NCBI GenBank assembly: GCA_019058295.1 | Contig: JAHPZI010000001.1 | Span: 60,686 to 124,685, forward strand | From: Promethearchaeota archaeon | GTDB lineage: Archaea; Asgardarchaeota; Lokiarchaeia; Sigyniarchaeales; SOKP01 | Direction: 5' to 3' | DNA: 64,000 bases | Shown here: positions 59,000-64,000 of the stretch, piece after piece | Layout: the number at the start of each line of letters is the position of its first letter | Position numbering within the stretch: position 1 is the first letter of the stretch | Position numbers and translations under genes: made by a program | The notes under the pieces: model-generated | The model's database searches: none | Seen by the model: only the letters and a program-made list of their open reading frames with translations | What the model was told of the DNA's origin: nothing

Positions 59000-59908
59000 T
59001 TATTTTATAATAAGACCAGAAAAGTATCCCACCGAATATTCACAGGGTCCAGTGCCCCCTCCTTTATCGTAAGACATATAATACTTTAAGGCTTTATTTT
59101 TACATTGATTATTAGTTAATTTATTACAAATTAGCATTAAGGAAGTAATCGTTTGTGGTCCACATACTGAGGTATTTTGAGCCATTTTAAAAGTCTTTTT
59201 CGGGTCTCCCTCTACAAATGCATCCATAACTGCTTGATCTTTTTTACGCATATCATCTAGTTCATTTTTTGGATTTGAAATGTTTCTAGGTTGTTTATGT
59301 GTCATATCAGAAGATGCTACAATAACGCAATCTTTTTCACAAGATTTAATTGCATTTGAGATATCTGTTGATAATTTTTCTATTGTATCATAATTTTTCG
59401 AAGAAATTTTTATTGGAACTATTTTAATATCTTTATCTTGAGCACAATATTTAATAAATGGTAATTGAACCTCTATATTGTGCTCTCTCCCAAAAGGAAA
59501 ACCGATAAACGCTGAATTGTCTGAAATAATTGTTTTACTATTTTTAACAATTTCCTTTGATAATTCTGAATCTATACTTAAATTTCCTAATGGCGTTTCC
59601 CAGATTCCCTCTTCCATCAAACCAACTTTTCCATATCCGACATGATCGGTTCCTAACACTATAACTGTATCAGGAATTTTTTCTTTAAATAAATTTAAAT
59701 AAGTAAATGCCGAAGCACATCCTGAATAAATGTATCCTGCGTGAGGAGATACTCCACCAATACTTGTTCTTTGTTCTTGGTTTAACGTACTAAATTCCTT
59801 TCCAGGACCAAAATCTTTATTTAAGAAAGATTCATTTAGGATTCTAAGTAAATCTGGTTTAAATCGTGGATAAAAACTTCCTGCGACTGCAGCTTTTCTT
59901 ACAATCAA
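59000..59908 (-). CDS. MEMO1 family protein (AmmeMemoRadiSam protein B)
   Basis: R.AAVAGSFYP, PHAGYIYSG, EH.IEVQLPF, ASSDMTH, CG, VGY. Confidence 0.9.
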   Translation of the reverse strand: MIVRKAAVAGSFYPRFKPDLLRILNESFLNKDFGPGKEFSTLNQEQRTSIGGVSPHAGYIYSGCASAFTYLNLFKEKIPDTVIVLGTDHVGYGKVGLMEEGIWETPLGNLSIDSELSKEIVKNSKTIISDNSAFIGFPFGREHNIEVQLPFIKYCAQDKDIKIVPIKISSKNYDTIEKLSTDISNAIKSCEKDCVIVASSDMTHKQPRNISNPKNELDDMRKKDQAVMDAFVEGDPKKTFKMAQNTSVCGPQTITSLMLICNKLTNNQCKNKALKYYMSYDKGGGTGPCEYSVGYFSGLIIK

Positions 59909-60123
59909 TTTTTTTCTATTATTTTATGTTTATAATATTAAAATTATTCACTTAGTAATTTAAATAATTTCATATTAAATAAAGAGATTGAAGATTCATT
60001 ATTTTAAATCAGACATTAATACTTAACCCAAAAAGGCTATTTTATTGAAAAATTCATATGTTTGAATAAATAAATGTTCTTAAGTTATTCAAAGGGTTAA
60101 TAAATTATCCAAGATAATTCTAC

Positions 60124-60729
60124 TTGATGGAAAAAAAGGAAAACATTCAGATTTCGCTTGATAATATCAACGAAGATGATATCCCGGATAAAATTCCAAC
60201 GAAATTCATTAATTCGAGAGTTGTCATTTTTAATCCTCTTTATGCCTCTTACTTGTATGTGAAGGAAAAGTTTTTTGGCTCTCCCCTTGGAATAAGTAAA
60301 CCGCGCCTTGAGTATTTCTCAAAACCTTCGGAATTATCGCTTATTGAAGCTTATTACCTATTAGAAAATGATAAGATTACTATTTTTGATGTTAAAAGAG
60401 AAAAAGATCTTAGTGCTAAGGAATTTTTTGAAATTGCCAAACAAATACACCATAAATTTGAGGAAAAATATGTAATTTATAAAGATTTAAGAGAAAAAGG
60501 ATATGTTCCTCGACCAGGGCTGAAATTTGGAGCTGATTTTGTAGTATATAAGAAAGGACCAGGATTAGAGCACTCTCCCTTTATTGTACACGTATTACCT
60601 CATGAATCTAAAATTAGTGCAATCGATATGGTCAGAGCTGGAAGATTAGCTACATCTGTTAGAAAAAAATTTGTTATTGCAAATCCCCAAACTATAAACT
60701 ACTATTTTTTTACGTGGTTTAAGCCATGA
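60124..60729 (+). CDS. endA: tRNA-intron (BHB) splicing endonuclease
   Basis: LSLIEAYYL, Y.DLR.KGY, GLKFGADF.VY..GPG..H, R...SVRK (Tyr/His/Lys triad). Confidence 0.92.
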   Translation: MMEKKENIQISLDNINEDDIPDKIPTKFINSRVVIFNPLYASYLYVKEKFFGSPLGISKPRLEYFSKPSELSLIEAYYLLENDKITIFDVKREKDLSAKEFFEIAKQIHHKFEEKYVIYKDLREKGYVPRPGLKFGADFVVYKKGPGLEHSPFIVHVLPHESKISAIDMVRAGRLATSVRKKFVIANPQTINYYFFTWFKP

Positions 60730-60748
60730 ATTTTAAAAAAAAAGATTA

Positions 60749-61378
60749 TTATTCATATATCAGAACTCTTATTAAATCTGCTATATCGTGAATACGATCT
60801 GCTAGTTGTTCTAATATAACGATACTATCACGAATTCTTAGAAGCTTTCTGACATCTAAATCTTTATTATCATAGAGATAGTTTAAAAATTCTCGGAAGA
60901 TTAGATCTATTTCGTTCTCAATCTCATGAATGGACGTAGTATTATTAAACACTTCCTTAGGATTGTCTCTTAAGTATTTAATTGTTTTTTTTAGAGCATC
61001 AGTCATTTTAATTATTTTATTGATTAATTTATCATATTTCTTTTTTATATCATCACTTATATCATAATCAATATAAGTTAAAATGTCAACAAATTCAAGT
61101 GCATTATTAATTAAATTGTCCATCCTTAAAACAAGTGCGATATAATCCCCTAATCCAGCTCCAACTTCTGCAAACTCTTGAATTACTCGTATTTTGATCT
61201 GGTCTGCATCTTCTTCGGATAATATTAGTTTATTACGTTTCTTTTCAAGCGTATCTTTATTTTTTTCGTAATTTTCTGCCCAACCGGAATAAAAGACGCC
61301 CATATCACTAACAACGGAGTATATTATCCTCGAATGTTCAATAAGCATTGTAATTATTTGTTCTTTAATTTTATTCAT
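60749..61378 (-). CDS. DUF47 / PhoU-like protein
   Basis: EEDAD, IENEID, LEQLADR..DIAD. Confidence 0.8.
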   Translation of the reverse strand: MNKIKEQIITMLIEHSRIIYSVVSDMGVFYSGWAENYEKNKDTLEKKRNKLILSEEDADQIKIRVIQEFAEVGAGLGDYIALVLRMDNLINNALEFVDILTYIDYDISDDIKKKYDKLINKIIKMTDALKKTIKYLRDNPKEVFNNTTSIHEIENEIDLIFREFLNYLYDNKDLDVRKLLRIRDSIVILEQLADRIHDIADLIRVLIYE

Positions 61379-61541
61379 CAGTAATCATTACATTTTTTTT
61401 TAATTCTGCTTTTGAATATATTTTATATTTAAAATAATAAAAATAATATATTTTTTATAGGAGTTAATTACATAATTTATTTAGTATAATTATACATTAA
61501 ATCTTTATGATGTTTAAAAAAGATATTATTGGGGGTAAAAA

Positions 61542-62261
61542 CTGAGTAAATTAAAAACTTATAACGATATAACTGGTTATGCAAAAATAGCCAGAAGATA
61601 TTTTGTGAATAATTTTTATGACGGAATGTTAACAATTCTAGGCATCCTCTTAGGATTTTTTGTAATTCTTCTTAGTAAACCTAATCAACCTATCCAATCT
61701 AATTACGTTATTTTAACAGGATTAGGTACTTCAATTTCTATGCTTATTTCAGGAATTTCTGGGTCATATCTTTCTGAGAAGGCAGAACAAAAAAAAGGAC
61801 AAAAAGAATTAAAACAGGCAATGGGAATTAAGCTTGAGAAAGAAGAAGAAAAAGTTATAGATACATTAGATGAGAAAGAGATTCAAAAAGCAATGGTTGT
61901 ACCACCTAAAACCTTAAGTAATAAGACGCATAAAAAGGCTTTAATTAGAAGAAAACCGAGAGAAAAGAAAGCTAAGTCTCTTCACGAGAAAGCTGAAACT
62001 TTTACAGGAATAGTTGTTTCTTTAGTTAATGGGATAAGTCCATTCTTAGGAGGAGTAGTTGCTATAATCCCTTTTTTCTTTATAGCAGAGGCAGGATTTA
62101 TGATTTTTATCATTTCCTTTATAATAATTTTTATTTGTATAATTTTCCTGGGGACATTTTTAGGCATTATCTCGAAGGAATCCATCCCAAAAAATATAAT
62201 TCAAATGTTATTAGCTTTTGGTTTAACGATCATTCTTACAGTTTTGTTTTTAAGAGGTTGA
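61542..62261 (+). CDS. VIT1/CCC1-like membrane protein
   Basis: IARRYFVNNFYDG.LT.LG, SG.SG.YLSEKAE; frame starts at CTG 61542. Confidence 0.75.
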   Translation: MSKLKTYNDITGYAKIARRYFVNNFYDGMLTILGILLGFFVILLSKPNQPIQSNYVILTGLGTSISMLISGISGSYLSEKAEQKKGQKELKQAMGIKLEKEEEKVIDTLDEKEIQKAMVVPPKTLSNKTHKKALIRRKPREKKAKSLHEKAETFTGIVVSLVNGISPFLGGVVAIIPFFFIAEAGFMIFIISFIIIFICIIFLGTFLGIISKESIPKNIIQMLLAFGLTIILTVLFLRG

Positions 62262-62404
62262 ATTTCTTTTTTTACAACAATATAATTTATATTCTGTTGA
62301 GATTGATAAGTTTTAATAAAAATATTTTACTTCTCTAAAAAATTATTGAATTTAGAACATATGAAAATTAATTATAATTAGTTGATACAAATAGGAAGAT
62401 TATA

Positions 62405-63181
62405 TTGAAAACAGTTGGAGTCGATATTGGTTCATTAGTAACTAAAATTGCTCTTTTGGATGACAGCAATATGATTGATTATCGTATTGATCGTTCGACC
62501 TTTGATTTTAAGAGAATTGGACATAATTTATTCGATGATATATTAGAGAAAAATAATTTAAAAAGAGCTGATGTATATGTTATGTCAACTGGGTATGGCC
62601 GAAATTCAATAGATATTGCTGATGATCGAATAACAGAGATTACTGCTCATGCGAAAGGAGCTCAATATTTTTATCCAGAAGCGCATTCAGTTATAGATAT
62701 TGGGGGTCAAGATAGTAAGGCAATTTTAATTTCTAAAAAAACCGGAAATGTCATAGATTTTCAAATGAATGATAAATGCGCAGCGGGAACTGGCAGATTT
62801 TTAGAAGTCATGGCCCATGCTCTTGAAATACCAATTGAAGAAATAGGAGAATTAGCGTTAAATTCGAAAAAACCAGCAGCAATTAGTTCTACATGTACAG
62901 TTTTCGCTGAGAGTGAAGTAATTTCACTTTTCGCTAGAGGTGCTTCCAAAATAGATATTGCAGCAGGGATTCACAAATCTATTGCAAGAAGAGTTGCAGG
63001 AATGGCTAAACGAATCGGTGTTGGGCAAAAATTAGTTTTTTGTGGCGGAGTAGCAAAAAATATAGCAGTTAAAAAATATCTAGAAATAGAGCTTGGATTC
63101 GAAATAGTTACGCCAGAATATCCACAACTTACAGGAGCTATTGGAGCTGCTTTAATTGGACAAGAGAATATGAAAAAATAA
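62405..63181 (+). CDS. 2-hydroxyacyl-CoA dehydratase activase (BadF/BadG/HgdC ATPase)
   Basis: GVDIGS..TK, TGYGR, DIGGQDSK, MNDKCAAGTGRFLE, CTVFAESEVIS. Confidence 0.92.
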   Translation: MKTVGVDIGSLVTKIALLDDSNMIDYRIDRSTFDFKRIGHNLFDDILEKNNLKRADVYVMSTGYGRNSIDIADDRITEITAHAKGAQYFYPEAHSVIDIGGQDSKAILISKKTGNVIDFQMNDKCAAGTGRFLEVMAHALEIPIEEIGELALNSKKPAAISSTCTVFAESEVISLFARGASKIDIAAGIHKSIARRVAGMAKRIGVGQKLVFCGGVAKNIAVKKYLEIELGFEIVTPEYPQLTGAIGAALIGQENMKK

Positions 63182-63265
63182 TCTATTTTGGTTCCAATTA
63201 TAATTAGTTAATTCTCACATTACTTTTAAAAAAAATGAGAAAAAAAAAAAATATTTCTTTTTTGC

Positions 63266-63994
63266 TTATTCGGATGGTCTAATACCCCAAAATGCACAGA
63301 AAACACCGGGAATCATCGCGAATCTGACAATAAAAAGTAAATCTTCATGTGGTGTGATTATAGAACCCAAAACAACGGTATCCAATAAAACACAAGAACC
63401 AATTATAATCGAAGAGAGGATTATAAATCCAGCCCTTTTTTTCAAATCACCGGCAGTCATTTTACTGAACTGGTAGAATCCAAATAACGTAATCAAGGAT
63501 GTTATCGAAACCATAATTAACAATAAATAGTACACAACTGATTCAGGACTAAGCCAATCGTCGTAAATTACTCCTTTGGGAACATCAGGACATACAACTG
63601 CTTGCTGAAAAGTAGCATATAAGAATATATAATAAAGAGCCATTAAAGAGAAATAGATGATAAGTATGGGTTTTTTAAATTTCGGGTAACCAAAGACGTC
63701 CCATGTAAAAAAAATGATAGCCGTCGATCCAACTGGCACTGTAGAATAGGAAAAATAACTTATTACGGGCTTAACCCACGCTGGATTGGAACCATTTATC
63801 ACAACAGCGAAAAATGTTATAGTAATACCTGTCCATCCTAATGCTATAGCAGCTGAAAATATAAAAAGGACAAGATACTGTTTTCTTTTTTCCTTTAAAT
63901 AGAACTTTAGAATTATAATTCCAAGAATCCAAGCCGTGCAAACTAGCAAAAAAGCACTAAATCCATTTAACCAAGATAAAGTTTGAATCGCCAT
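63266..63994 (-). CDS. multi-pass (about 7 TM) membrane protein
   Basis: Seven hydrophobic segments; layout like 12055..12822. Confidence 0.7.
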   Translation of the reverse strand: MAIQTLSWLNGFSAFLLVCTAWILGIIILKFYLKEKRKQYLVLFIFSAAIALGWTGITITFFAVVINGSNPAWVKPVISYFSYSTVPVGSTAIIFFTWDVFGYPKFKKPILIIYFSLMALYYIFLYATFQQAVVCPDVPKGVIYDDWLSPESVVYYLLLIMVSITSLITLFGFYQFSKMTAGDLKKRAGFIILSSIIIGSCVLLDTVVLGSIITPHEDLLFIVRFAMIPGVFCAFWGIRPSE

Positions 63995-64000
63995 TTTAAT

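Noticed and set aside
1157-62949. Short antisense or out-of-frame ORFs in the track (e.g. 1157-1477, 13185-13493, 16188-16797, 40256-41224, 42895-43215, 57996-58472)
   Set aside because: Shadows of well-supported genes with no motifs.
1-64000. tRNA, rRNA or transposase genes
   Set aside because: No GC-rich cloverleaf or rRNA-like segment and no transposase motif seen by eye; a tRNAscan/Infernal run would be needed to be certain.

Overview
AT-rich archaeal chromosomal segment, most consistent with Lokiarchaeia (Asgard archaea; inference from RadA, CdhA, an MtrH-like protein, tRNA-splicing endonuclease EndA, three small GTPases with longin/roadblock-like partners, a V4R protein and a vWA-RING protein). 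It holds about 55 protein genes covering redox and fatty-acid metabolism, a dispersed glycogen/alpha-glucan set, Wood-Ljungdahl components and eukaryote-like signalling modules. I saw no rRNA, tRNA, CRISPR array or transposase. Main observation: two unrelated, otherwise intact genes about 2 kb apart (a GH57 branching enzyme and a membrane protein) each carry, near the 5' end, a 30-nt insert with an in-frame stop. The two inserts share sequence (AATT-NNN-TG-NN-TNTCTCA-N'N'N'-AR-NNNN-NAA), show compensatory stem changes, and pair with their own upstream exon in bulge-helix-bulge geometry. They look like a family of tiny mRNA introns. Canonical BHB cleavage would remove 28 nt, whereas the frame requires 30 (or 27), so processing would be non-canonical. 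An EndA with a crenarchaeal-type specificity loop lies 7-9 kb away. Several genes appear to start at ATT/ATA/CTG, and small genes missed by the ORF track include a CooJ-like protein beside cdhA.
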